A stretch of 64,000 nt of DNA from Auanema rhodensis (Eukaryota > Animalia > Nematoda): the NCBI GenBank assembly GCA_964057225.1, contig OZ059899.1:7378001-7442000 (forward strand), in the 5' to 3' direction. The notes below the pieces were generated by a model that had not been told where the DNA came from, made no database searches, and was given only the letters and a program-made list of their open reading frames with translations. The position numbers were made by a program, and so were the translations under genes. Positions 12,775 to 25,101 of this stretch are shown piece after piece (positions within the stretch are counted from its first letter, which is position 1; the number at the start of each line of letters is the position of its first letter).

Positions 12775-13869
12775 TTTATTTCTAATTTCTAATTTATTTA
12801 ATTAAATTTGTAGCTTATAACTCCGAAATGAAGTTTTATAAATTAGTAAAAGTCTAAATTTAAATTCAATTCATTCTTATTTGTATTATAGTAAAGATGA
12901 TGAACGGTTGTGTTTAATAAAAATTTTTAGTAAGGAAAAACCATCTTCATTTGCAATATAACGAATAGAAATAATTTAGGCTTTCTCGATCTTAGGAGGA
13001 TTAACTGTCTGAAGCATTAGGAGACTGTCGGCAGAAGAATGTAATTAGAGGTTTAGATGAGAAGTTCTGTCGCCAGCCGAAACTCATAAAAAGTAGGAGG
13101 AAGAACAAATTTATAGGCAAACTGTCCTTGCTCTTCATACAAACCGCAACTTGGCAAAGTTCTTGGCGGAATCTCTTTTCAAGCATTTGCTAAGGCTTTA
13201 TCTGGCACAAAAGAGAAGACTGTCCTTATTGGCTAGAAATTTCGTTACGGTTAACGAGCTGTGAGGGGTTTGGAACAATCTTGACATCCCGCAGACATCA
13301 AGATAATATCTTGAACTATCAGTTGATGTATTTTCTTCCCGTCGGGAGCACTCTGTCAGCCTTCGATTGCCCTCAAAGATAATTACTTAAAATGTTATTC
13401 ATAAGTCTAATGTTTCATTTTAGTTACGTAGATACTTATAATTTCTTCGAACTCTAGAAGATTCTTATCTAATTTTATTCAAAATCTAATCATAATTGAA
13501 AAAAATGACATTCATGCTGTGCTATTGACGACCTTTGTATGAAGTGTTATCTAACAGATTTCTGTAATTACCTTCCTTCTTCAACAACAGATGTTTTTTT
13601 TACATTTTCAAAGAATTTTGAAAATTCTATGAGATTTTCACATTTTAATCTACAATTTCATTTTTTGTTAAAAAAAAGTTGTATTTCTTTCAACTTGACC
13701 GTTTTTTTTTGGTTGAGACAATAGAACTCATGCCCATTACAGTAGCCTTTTAAGTTAACCCGCCTACAATCTTAGATGGTGTTGAGTTGAGAGGGGAGGC
13801 GGTGCAGACTCCTCCCATTGACTTTGGTGGAAGAAGAAGAAGAATCAGTTTTTCGAATAAGGACGAGAT

Positions 13870-14750
13870 ATGATGTCGAGCACCTCATCATCATCATCTT
13901 CATTTGATCAATACGCTATGTATTTTCCTCCAAATGCTAACTTTAACTATTCTAACTATAGTACTCCGATGCAAAGCCCTTCGTTTTTTCCCAACATGAG
14001 GTACCATTGTTATCTTCCTAACAAAAAATATTAATGATATGTTTAGTTACCCATCGCCAATGTCTTCTAATATTACTGATTTATCATCAGCTTCTGAAGA
14101 AAAGAAAAGAAGTAGGAGATACAAAACACCATCACCTCAAGTTCTTCGTCATCGTCGTACGGCTGCTAATGAAAGAGAAAGAAGACGGATGAATACACTA
14201 AATGTTGCATATGATAAGGTTTGTTTACTATATATAAACATTAAAACTTTTAAATTAACTAATAGTGCATTTCAACAGTCTCCTTAAACTTACACGCTCG
14301 CTACAAATTTTTGTAAAAAAAAATTTATTACTTTTCCTTAACATAAATATTTTCTATTTCAAATGTTCTATAATACTTTTGTTTCAAAAAAAAAACGAAT
14401 TTTAGTAGCTTAAGCTTTTTATTGGTTTCTAAACGTTTTCATACTGTATGGACATATGGTGTCTCACTACTGTACATGAAGGTCATTAGACTCCAAATAT
14501 GCGCCAATTCAAATTTCTTTCCGGTTTTCAGAGATAATAAATCAAAAAGAAAGAATTTTATTGTTTTCATAATTTGGCATATTTCCAGCTTCGAACAGTT
14601 CTTCCTGAAATTGATTCGGGCCGCCGTTTGTCCAAGTTTGAAACACTACAGATGGCTCAAGAATACATCAATAGTTTAGCAGAAATTCTAAGAGATTCAG
14701 GATCACCATCAACTACATCTCAGTCAACGAAGAATTATAAGAAAAATTAA
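13870..14750 (+). CDS. lin-32: Atonal-family proneural bHLH transcription factor (3 exons)
   Basis: RRYKTPSPQVLRHRRTAANERERRRMNTLNVAYDK|LRTVLPEIDSGRRLSKFETLQMAQEYINSLAEIL, nearly identical to the C. elegans LIN-32 bHLH as I recall it. Confidence 0.93.
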
Positions 14751-15917
14751 AGCAAAACTATTTTGTACAAAAATAATAATATTGATCTTTTTCATATATG
14801 GGTATTTTTTTTTGTTTTATACGTACTTGAATAGAATAAAAATTTAATTAAAAACTATTGAGGTCAATAAAAATGAGGTTGATGATCTGAAAAAATGAAC
14901 GGTGGGTTAGAAAAAAAAAGAAAAAAAACGAAGACAAAAGATAGGTTGATGTCCCACAACCATGTACTAGACACGCGACAGTATAGATGTTATCTAGTGG
15001 ACCATCATTAGAACTGTCCACATATAGTCAGATATGCATTTAAGGTGGTAAATATACAGATTTTCACGTATAATTAATGATTTTTTGTCTGTCAAATCAT
15101 AGCATATATGGTGAACAGATTTTTGAATAAAACTGACAAACAATGGTTTCAATCTGACAGATTGAACATGAATTTTATATTAAACGTAATGGCCTTATAG
15201 TTACAATATCATTCTTCTTTAGTTTTATTGAAATATTTTATTATTAACTATAAGTTATGTAAAATATAAAAATGTTTTTATTTTTGTTTGAAATCAGCCG
15301 GCAATTCCTTATAAAGGTATGGCAACATCTGTCCGGTAAGTCCTTTAATCATCTGCCTTTCATTATGTAATTCTCGGTACAACGGTCAAGAGGTCATAAC
15401 CAATCAAAACTCTTTGTTTCTACCGACTTGCCAACCAATTATCACCTAATTTTACCTAATCACCCCTTTTGACTTCTTAAGATTATAACTTTAGATAATA
15501 GACTTGTGACGTCATTTATCTCATAATCATTAACATATTTCCATATATCTTACATACAAGTCATTCAAGTATGAACAACAACCTTATGTTTATGTTGATG
15601 TTACAGGTTACTTTTAGGGTTTCTTATATTTCATGATATTCATAAAATTATAATTATATTTTTAAATGAAAAGATTTATATCCAATGTGGATAACTATAA
15701 GCATTGTGGTTAACCTATAGTAAGAAAATATTAATTACAACGATACATAAATTCAAAAATAAGATATTTTGATTTTTTACTAACTTGCTGGCAAGAATAT
15801 AGTTTCAAACTAGATTATTTACCATACAAACAAAAGAAAAATAACACTAACTCTAGAGTTGTTTTTGAAATAAAAGTAAATTAAGTTGAAAAGAAAAAGT
15901 AAGTAAAGCCTGAATGA

Positions 15918-16823
15918 TTAATACTCTTCTGATAGTAGAAGATGTTGTAATGTTTTATCTTTAACGTTGATATTTTGTCCTCCTAACATTTCTCCGACAC
16001 GTTTTACCTATAAATATATTAATTTATTTTTATATAAAAGAAAATCATTTACTTGACGCTTTTTAGCCATATATTCACATCCTATGTATAAAGCACACAT
16101 AGGTATAAGCGAAAGTGCTCCTAGAGGTCCTAGCCAGTAAACCTGAAATAGAAATGGTATGGTTATTCAAAATATAATTATTTTTTTACCTTTCTGTTGT
16201 AAAATCCGTAAACTTTGCTTGTATTTAATGCATCACAAAATGTTCCACTATATGGATTATCACATATACATTCAATTCCAATATCGTTTAAATGTCCGTG
16301 CACACAATTTAAAATTTCACAGTATTCTCCTGTGTATCCATGTTCACATATCGGACAACTGAAATATTGAAGATATTGTAAATTTTAATAAAAAATATTT
16401 TTGAAGAAATATAGTTAGTTTGGGCTGTTATATGTCAAACAACATACGATCCGTTTCTGTATCTTCTGAATGTTGCGCAATGTTTTTTCTTTTCACAATG
16501 CCTTCCTACAAAATCTTGATCACAAGCACATTTATCACCTTCTGGTTTCCCATTAACACATCTATAATAATATTAATATATCAAAATCAAATTGAATTAA
16601 TAGCTATACCAGAATACATAGTATTAGCAAAAACTATTTTTCAAAATACAACTTACACTGGCGTTCGTCTTCGATGCGTTTGACCACGGATATGGTGTTT
16701 TCTTAGATTTTCATACACAGCATCTTGTTGCTCTGCTTCTTCAACTGTTTGAAGCGCTGTAGTGACCACTACAAATAAAACCGAAGAAGCTAATAGCCAT
16801 GAATTGGTTTTCCTTGATATCAT
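15918..16823 (-). CDS. Small single-pass membrane protein with EGF-like repeats (5 exons)
   Basis: Signal-like MISRKTNSWLLASSVLFVVVTTA; CVNGKPEGDKCACDQDFVGRHCE, CPICEHGYTGEYCE, CVHG..CICDNPYSGTFCD; TM WLGPLGALSLIPMCALYIGC; short tail ending LLSEEY*. Confidence 0.8.
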
Positions 16824-19667
16824 CTGTGCGGAGTTTTACCTAAAACAGAACATTTGACCAATTTATTATTGTTTTTCAACATTTGAATTCAACAAGAAAG
16901 ATTGAAATAGTAAAACTAATAAAATAAATGAAATGCAACAAAGAAGATTGTTCGCAACATGACATTTGCTATTATAAAATAAAATCGAAAGCTATTTCTT
17001 CTAATTTCTTTCAATTTTCAAGAGAATAAAAAGAGATTCCTATGACATAATATATAAACAGTAACGCAATATCTTTTTTAAACTCTCTAGGTATCATTGA
17101 AGCTTATATTTATTTTTGTTGGTATCAATCATTGATGTGTAATCAGTAAATTCTTTCAAAAAGAAATATATTCCAAAAATATATAAAGGATATAACATAT
17201 AGTTTAAGAAATAACAATGAGATATATATGTATGCAAGACATTCCTAAACCTTTTTTTATCAAATTCTTTGCAACACTTCTGCTTGTTGACAATTACATC
17301 GATGCAATATGACTGTTAGACAGGGGAATAGCAGAATGTTCTCAATTGTATATTGTAGTAGGAGAGCTTTAAGATTCTAGTTCTGATCAAATTTCTTTAT
17401 GTGATAGTGTTGTTTAATTCGGAATTAAACGTAAATTGACTATAATTGGGCCTAAAATCACTACATGTTATACGTCCTGTCTTGTTTTTGTTTTTAATGA
17501 TTGCAGTAAACTCAGTGAGCAATCCAATTCATCAAATCAGTTGCCTTTCTTATATTTTTGGAAATAAATCGTAACAATAAATATTGAAACAATAGGTAAC
17601 TATAAAAGGAAATATGAAAACTTTCATTTTTATTTATTATTTATTATAATAATAATAATAATAATATAAAATGAATAAAAGTGATGAGCTTTAAAGAAGA
17701 AACTTGAAAATCTTAATATGAGAATATTGAAGGAGGACTCCCTATTTCAACCATTGTTGATATGAATGTTGTTGATATGGGATAGACTTGTCTTCGATTA
17801 GGTCTTGACGGTTCATAGAGAAGGCCAGAAGATTGGAAAGTTTTTCCTTATAAGAGAACATCACGTATTCCAGAAAACAAAAGTATTCCAATATGTTTTG
17901 AAAGGGTAAGCATGTTATTGGGAATGTTAAGTGGAAATTGTAATTGACTGTATAAAGAAATAAATATGGTGATGTTGAATGAAATAAAAAGAATGAATCG
18001 AGAAGATACAATACATACATACATTGTATGTAAAGAGAAGAGGGAATAAGAGAAAAGGTGAAAATTAAAATGAAAAAAAAAACACAAAAACTGTAGATAA
18101 AGATAACAAATAGAAATATATTTGTATTATTATTATTAAATTGTTTAGTATTTAGCTTATATTATTATTTTTATATAAATAATAATTTGAATATTAACTT
18201 TATATGATATAATATTGTTTTGGTGAAAAGAATGTTTATGAGAAAAAAAATGTAAATCTTAATAGATCAAATTAGACATTGAATCGCGAGACTGAATAAA
18301 TGTTGCAGGAATAGCAATAGTCTTCCAATAAATGAGACGATGAATGGCGACGTACAGTTTTTCAGTTTTCAACAATCATTGAAAAGAGGAAATTCGACAA
18401 ACTGTTTGGTAATAGGAAAAAACTAAATGTATTTCGACAGTAGAAATCATCTTCTATGCCAGGAGAAAGTTGCGGTAGTCGAGCTAATTAGCTTATTTGG
18501 TAATGTGGGGTCAGGCTTTGCCGAATTAACGATCTAAAAACCGGTTGATGATTGGCAAACGATTAGTCTTAGTTCAATATACATTAATAATGAGATGTCT
18601 AAGAAATCTTGTTGATTTGTGATAAGTGCAATTATTAAAATTTTCTTTTACTATTGACGAAATGAAGATAAAATATTTAATAAAACGATGAGGAGTTTTT
18701 TAAAAGTAGAAAGAAATATCAACTTGATTATAAAAGGTCACACGTTCATGTACAATGAAAATTCACGATGACATCATTCATTCCTTTTTCTTTTTTTTTT
18801 TTAAATAATTTTGAATTGTTCCAGAAAAAAACCACAAATAAATAAAAAGCAAATCTTTATTTCTTGTCAGTTTTCGTTAAAAAATTAAGAATACGAAGAG
18901 AATGGGAAAGAACTAATTAAACAAAAGATAGGAGAAGTATAAGAAGAAATGAGAGAAAAAAAGAAAATAGATACAATGAAGTGAGTGAACGAGAAGGTAA
19001 CTGATTCTTATATTAAGGAAGAAAGAGAGAGAAAGAAGCTTAAAGTAATTCTTTGGAAAAGAGTTACTTCTCCCATTTTGAAAGATTTTATAGAGAATTT
19101 GGGAACGGATCGAAGAATTTATTGGTAAATGTGAACATTCAGATCAAGACAACTGATTTTAGAGTGTGAATTTCAATGTAAAATACCTGTTTTATGAAGA
19201 AAACGATTTTCAATACGCTACGAAATTCATTTAATACATAACAATAACTTTTTGTTAAAGAAATAGAAATAATACGTTTAATTACATGTTTGTCAAGAAA
19301 TAATAGTTTTGATGACTCAAAAAACTTCCAACATGAGAAGTCTAATTGCAAGTTTCTGAAGGATGAGAAGAGTTCGAGGCAAAGTACAGAGTAACGCAGA
19401 ATGTAATCAGGAGGTGACATGTCTTCTGTACTAACCTTATTATTTTCTCATAAGCTACACAAAATTGTGTTAAAAGTAGTTCTGAACATACAAAGTCAAA
19501 AGGTACTTTCAATTTCTGAAGAGCAGACGTTTTTCTTCAAAAACGTGTTTTCTAATTGAACATTGTTTTGTAAACAGGATTTCGTGTAATTTTCTTTCTG
19601 GAGATTCTTATCATTTCCGGAAATCCTAAATCGATTTCGTTTTATATACAAATACATATATATGTGT

Positions 19668-19696
<29 letters not shown>
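19668..19696. repeat. (TA)n microsatellite
   Basis: TA dinucleotide run. Confidence 0.85.
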
Positions 19697-19698
<2 letters not shown>

Positions 19699-19899
19699 CA
19701 TGTATAGTATATATAAATTATAATATAAACTATATACACATACACATAGTTAGCTGAATATTATAAGGCTTTATCATATTTATAGAACATAATATTACAT
19801 CATAATAACTGGATTTGATCTTGATCATCATTAAAATACTTGAGATTCTCTTGAATTTGGAATGTATATTTATAGTTTTTCAAGTCAACAATTATTTTC

Positions 19900-21018
19900 T
19901 TAAAATGCTTTAGATGACCATATTTTGCGTTCACACAGATGCTGACATTCTCTCCAATTGTCTGGACAAATTTTCCGGAAATGGAAAAGCTAAATTTATA
20001 TTAATAGTCTTTGAGTTAAAAAGCTATTTTGATACCTGATTAGCAGAAACTTGAACAGGATTTAGTAATACTGTCCACATCACACATTCAGTATATGGTG
20101 GCGTAGTTAATGAACCTTCGTAATGAATTAAATCAGAACCTGCATGTAAGAACATAAATGAAAACCTAATTGAAACTTATATACCGATTGGAATAAGTTT
20201 CTTCATATCAAAGTCATTTGACATATAAGTTATATTATTGTTGTTCATAGCCTCACTAACTTGTGATGAAACATAAGCATAGTCGGGATTATAATCACCT
20301 TCCTTAAAACAATTAAAAATTCTTAATTATTCTTGAATACATGGCAAGAAATATCAAATATATGTATATACTAACTTCTAGAAATACACCTAAGACAGCA
20401 ATACCATCTCCCTTTGTCTGTGCTTCCGTAGGAGAAGAATATACAGAATTCCAAAACACAAAGTGAACCTGAAATTCATAAAATTATTTTATTTTCACAG
20501 TTTTAAGACTGCTTTAGGTACCTCCCCAGCAAATCGTTTTCCATCTATTGTATGCTCAGAGCCACAATCAGAAGTTAAGCTCCAATGAGCATGAAATTGT
20601 AAAAGACGATATGTTCCCTTCAAGTGAGAAGCTGATAAACCTAAATTATATGTAAAAGATACAAAAATTCGAAAAATTACAAAAAATTATGTTAAAATGG
20701 TTAAATACAAGAAACAAACTTGTTTTTGCATCTGGAATAGCTGAGACTTGCCATCCTTTTCCAGGGCTTATCACAAGCTTTTGACATTCTCCTTGAACAT
20801 AATTTACATCAAGAGTTTGCGCCTAAAGGTTTTCGGAAAAATATATAACTCGATCACATATATCAGCTTACATCACATTTTTTGTTGTCATGAATGCATT
20901 TCTTTGTTTGAATATCAATAGGGGATTGACGTTTTTGATAATTTGAAAGATTTTCTTTATCATTAGCAGACAAGTCATCGATAAAAGCACGTTGTTGAGC
21001 TACAAGAGCTCGATACAT
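19900..21018 (-). CDS. Alpha-carbonic anhydrase, divergent cah-4-like paralog (7 exons)
   Basis: [26 protein letters not shown]|[47 protein letters not shown]; the three Zn-ligand His are intact. Confidence 0.9.
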
Positions 21019-23903
21019 TTCAGTTTTTAATTCTAAAATATTCCGAATTAATAGATTTCACACATATATGGTTGACACAAAAACAGAAAGAAAATCAGAG
21101 AAAACTGCAAAAATCAAAAATGAAGTTCAATTGAAACTTTTTCTTTATATTGTGAAAGTTTTTAGGTGTGAAGTTTGGTATCCAACTTTGAATCTGAGTG
21201 AGCTGCATATGGCATTCAATCTCTTTTCTTGCTCTTTTATTTTCACTTCTCCTTAAGACATGCATATTCTCTTTCAATTTCCTTCACAATCAAATGATTC
21301 ATAAGTGAAAATAGCAGAATAAGTGAAACTTGATTTTTACCGAACTTTGAGTAGTTGAAATTTTTATATAAAAAAGTGCATTTATATTATTATTAAAAAT
21401 AATTCAAAGTTTAAAAAGAACAAATATATTTAAGATTTACGTAAGGTTAGTTATTCCATAAAAATTATTATGTTATGGCAAAACAAAATAATTGACCCAT
21501 CATGTGAAGTAACTATTAATTTGGGTTGAGGAGTATAAAAATGAAATTTGTTAACTAATTAAAAAAAATTTTAGTTTTAAACCAAATCATTTTTGTTTTA
21601 TAAAGTATTTATACATATTAATATTATATTGATAATAACAATATAAATAATATAATTATTTAAATTCTTGATTGAAAAAAAAATTAATGCGAAACTTATT
21701 ACTCAACTAATAATTCAATTTTGTTTTTGCATTTAAAGTCTTTCATGGATAATCTTGTATATAAATTTTTGAAAATAAGAAGAAAATTGATAAGAAACGA
21801 GTAAGTTAGCATGTAAAACTAGAGAAATGACTGTATTATACATATCATGGATCAAATTGAAAACCAACAATATTTTACGTCTATGTAAGCATTCTTAAGA
21901 TTAGAACTTAGAAACAGATGAATGAAGCTGCTAATATATGAAGAGGTTAATCATATTCAATATATAAATATAAATATATATTAATATATAATATATAAAT
22001 AAAGAAATAATCGACTTAAAATATAAAATATCTTTTAAAAATTATCGAAAGATAAAGGAGAATCACATATATACATATGGTGAATTATTACCTACAAGCA
22101 GATTAAGTAAAATATTTATTCTTTAAAATGATAATGACAACTCTGTTGCTAGGAAACGGTTTACATTTAAAAAGAAAACGACTAATAGCTTTAATTTTCA
22201 TGGAAGAGATGATGTAAATTGAATTTCAACCATTACATCCGCTATAGTAATGAGCTAACAGCGGATAAGTCTAACAAATAGTATATTATGAATTGAAATC
22301 AAAGTGTATTGTTAATATCTTATATATATATATGTATATATATATATAAATCTTGAACATTTTTTATATAACTATATCTAATTGATCTCAATTTTAGAAT
22401 GAAAAATATAAAACGAGATTAAAATTTTATTAAAAATGACTAAAACCTATGTATATCAATGTATGTATATATAGCTATATAATATAGCTATATATGCATA
22501 TTTCCAATTTATTTTAAAAAAAGTTGAGTTTATTTAAAATAAATGTTCTTATATTGAATACATTTATGAAGATATAGTAAAATTGGTAATGAAGTAGTAA
22601 AAAAATCAAAAATCAAACCACCATATGAAGAGGTACAGAAAGAGAATAATCAGAGGGTGCAGAAAACCGATTGAAGCCGAACAAGAAAATTCTGATAAAG
22701 CCGGCTTGAATGGTTTTTAACTAATATTTAACTCTGTATCGTTAAATTGAACTTAATGCTTCAAGGATGTAACTCTGAGAGTATATGAAAAAAAGTTTTT
22801 TTTCTTCATTATTGTATCATTGAAGTGAATATTTCATCAAAGAGTTATCAAAATATTATGATATACAATACATATCTATTACGTATATATAATACATATA
22901 TGCATGTTTTACTTGAAGTATTCTTTCAAATCATCGAAAAGACGTTTTTTATTATATTTTTTGCAAATTCTGTGAACATATAAACTCATCTTGATGTTAT
23001 TATTGAATGAAACTTCTACATATCTACGCAAATATCTCAAAAAATAATATAATTATAAAAAAATAATACATAAATATATAATCTCAAAATATAGAAAACG
23101 AACTGCAGCTGAATGAGATGAGATGATCAGTGTTGAAGTTGTCAGATTAATATGTATTACAATCCAAAAATGGATTAAAATTATTGGAAAACAAGCGATT
23201 TCAGGCAATTTAAGAAATTTGAAATGCATTTGCTTAAACAAACTATCTTCTATAATTTATATTCAAATTTCAAATGTTATGATTAGTTACAACTTAAATT
23301 TCTTTTCTGGAGGATTACTTCTTTCTACTTCAAAATTTAATTCATCAGAATATATTTGATGTTACAAAACAATTTCACACTTTTCATAATTTTTATGTTT
23401 AATGTTAGAAATATTTTTGAATAAAGTACATCTGAAATTTAAATATATATCTTTTTTATTTTATTTTTAGTGATAATCTCTATATCTATATTTCTAACAT
23501 AATTATAATATTATAGTTAATACATATAGTATATACATTTATATTTGAAAAGAGAATTCCTGATTATCATTAATATTTTTTTTTGTGTAATCAAAGTTTT
23601 TTGTTTCTTTAAATATTTTTGTTTGTTTGAATATCTAAGTAATAAAATAAATAAATATGAATGATTATATTTATAATATTAATACAATCTACAATATATA
23701 AAGCAAAAATTAAATATCTTTGCTAAAGCAATTACAATCTAAAATTTATCACAATTAGAAGAAACTAATGATGTTGGTTAATGTTTGAAAGCATCTTTTA
23801 CATATACAAAATATAAATTATAAGAACATTAGAAAATTGTGGAATTTTTCTCAAAATATTCAAAAGGCTTCTCACTCATTATACCTGAATATACTACAAA
23901 ATC

Positions 23904-25101
23904 TTAAATGTTGATTGAACATTTGATAACACGGTCGCAGATGGATTGACATCCTCTGTGATTAGCTGGGATAATGGCGCGAAGGACATCAAGTTGAGCC
24001 TTGGAAACATCAACTGGATGAAGCAAAACAGTCCATGTTACACACTCAGAGAATGGTGGGGTGGTCAAGGATCCTGGGTAAGTGACGAATTCACGATCAT
24101 CCTCTTTTGGAAGAAGTTGTTCGATTGTCATGCTTTCTGGAAGTGCAGCTGGAGCTTTGGTTTCAGAAGATTTCTTGATGGCATCAATTAATGGTTGGTA
24201 ACCCTCGCTGTGTTCTCCTTCCTGAAATTATTTTGATGTTTTGAAGTTGTATTTGAATTAAATTATTTATAATTATAATTTTAAAGAAATAATTACCTTT
24301 AGGAAAACTCCAAGTACAGCCAAGCCATCATCCTTCTCTAAGCATTCACAGAAAGAGGCATATTTAGTGTTACGGAAAACAAAATGTACCTAAAAATAAA
24401 TAAAATTATTTTATAAAAAAAAAACAAAAAAAACGTGATTCTGATCATGAATGGAATACTTACTTCTCCACTGTAGGACTTTCCTTTCACCAAGTGCTCA
24501 GATCCAAGATTTGCAGTCTCAGCCCAGTGAGCATGGAATTGGACAAGTTCATAGTTTCCAGGAAGGTGATTAGCGACAATGGCTGAAAAAATGAGATCAT
24601 TAAAACATTTTTGAAGATCTAAAACTTACAGGTCTTACATGTGTCCTTAACATTCACGGTGAATCCTTTTCCTTCAGTAGCAACAACATTGATGCAATCT
24701 CCAGAAACATAGTTGACTGAGAATTTGTCCTTCTGGAAAAAAATATTTTTAATTGATTAAGATTCAAGAATTTTTGTTTTTACGATCTAATTTACGGACA
24801 AAAGAACTATTTTGATGGAAATATTCATTAAGTTTGTAAAACATTTAGCGAACTTTAAGAATTAGCAAGTTTAAACTTTTTTTTATTTTTATCTTCTTAA
24901 ATTGTTATTCTTTATTCAATAACAAGGAATTCGAATTACCAAGCAAAATTCTGGATCGTGAACAGTAATATCACCAGTGATGTCAATTGGGGATTGGCGA
25001 GTTTCAGTGACTAAAAAAAATATTTTGTTATAAAATGAATTAATTAAATAAAATTAAAACTAAGATTTGTATTAGATTGAAATAAATTAAAAGTTACCCA
25101 T
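23904..25101 (-). CDS. cah-4: Alpha-carbonic anhydrase, cah-4-like (6 coding exons)
   Basis: M|VTETRQSPIDI, LVQFHAHWA..GSEH..GE|VHFVF, DGLAVLGVFLK|EG, REFVTYPGSLTTPPFSECVTWT, QLDVLRAIIPANHRGCQSICDR, a C-terminus close to C. elegans CAH-4. Upstream TATATA at ~25476-25481 and a probable non-coding exon near 25406-25430. Confidence 0.85.

Noticed and set aside
13691-13710. CAACTTGACCG followed by a T-run, like a Y RNA/sbRNA 3' end
   Set aside because: No matching 5' GGTCCG strand or stem upstream.
17742-19420. Phe/Ile/Leu-rich short ORFs here and at 28004, 39117, 43311 and 58291
   Set aside because: Compositional artefacts of T-rich non-coding DNA, with no coherent splice structure or motifs.
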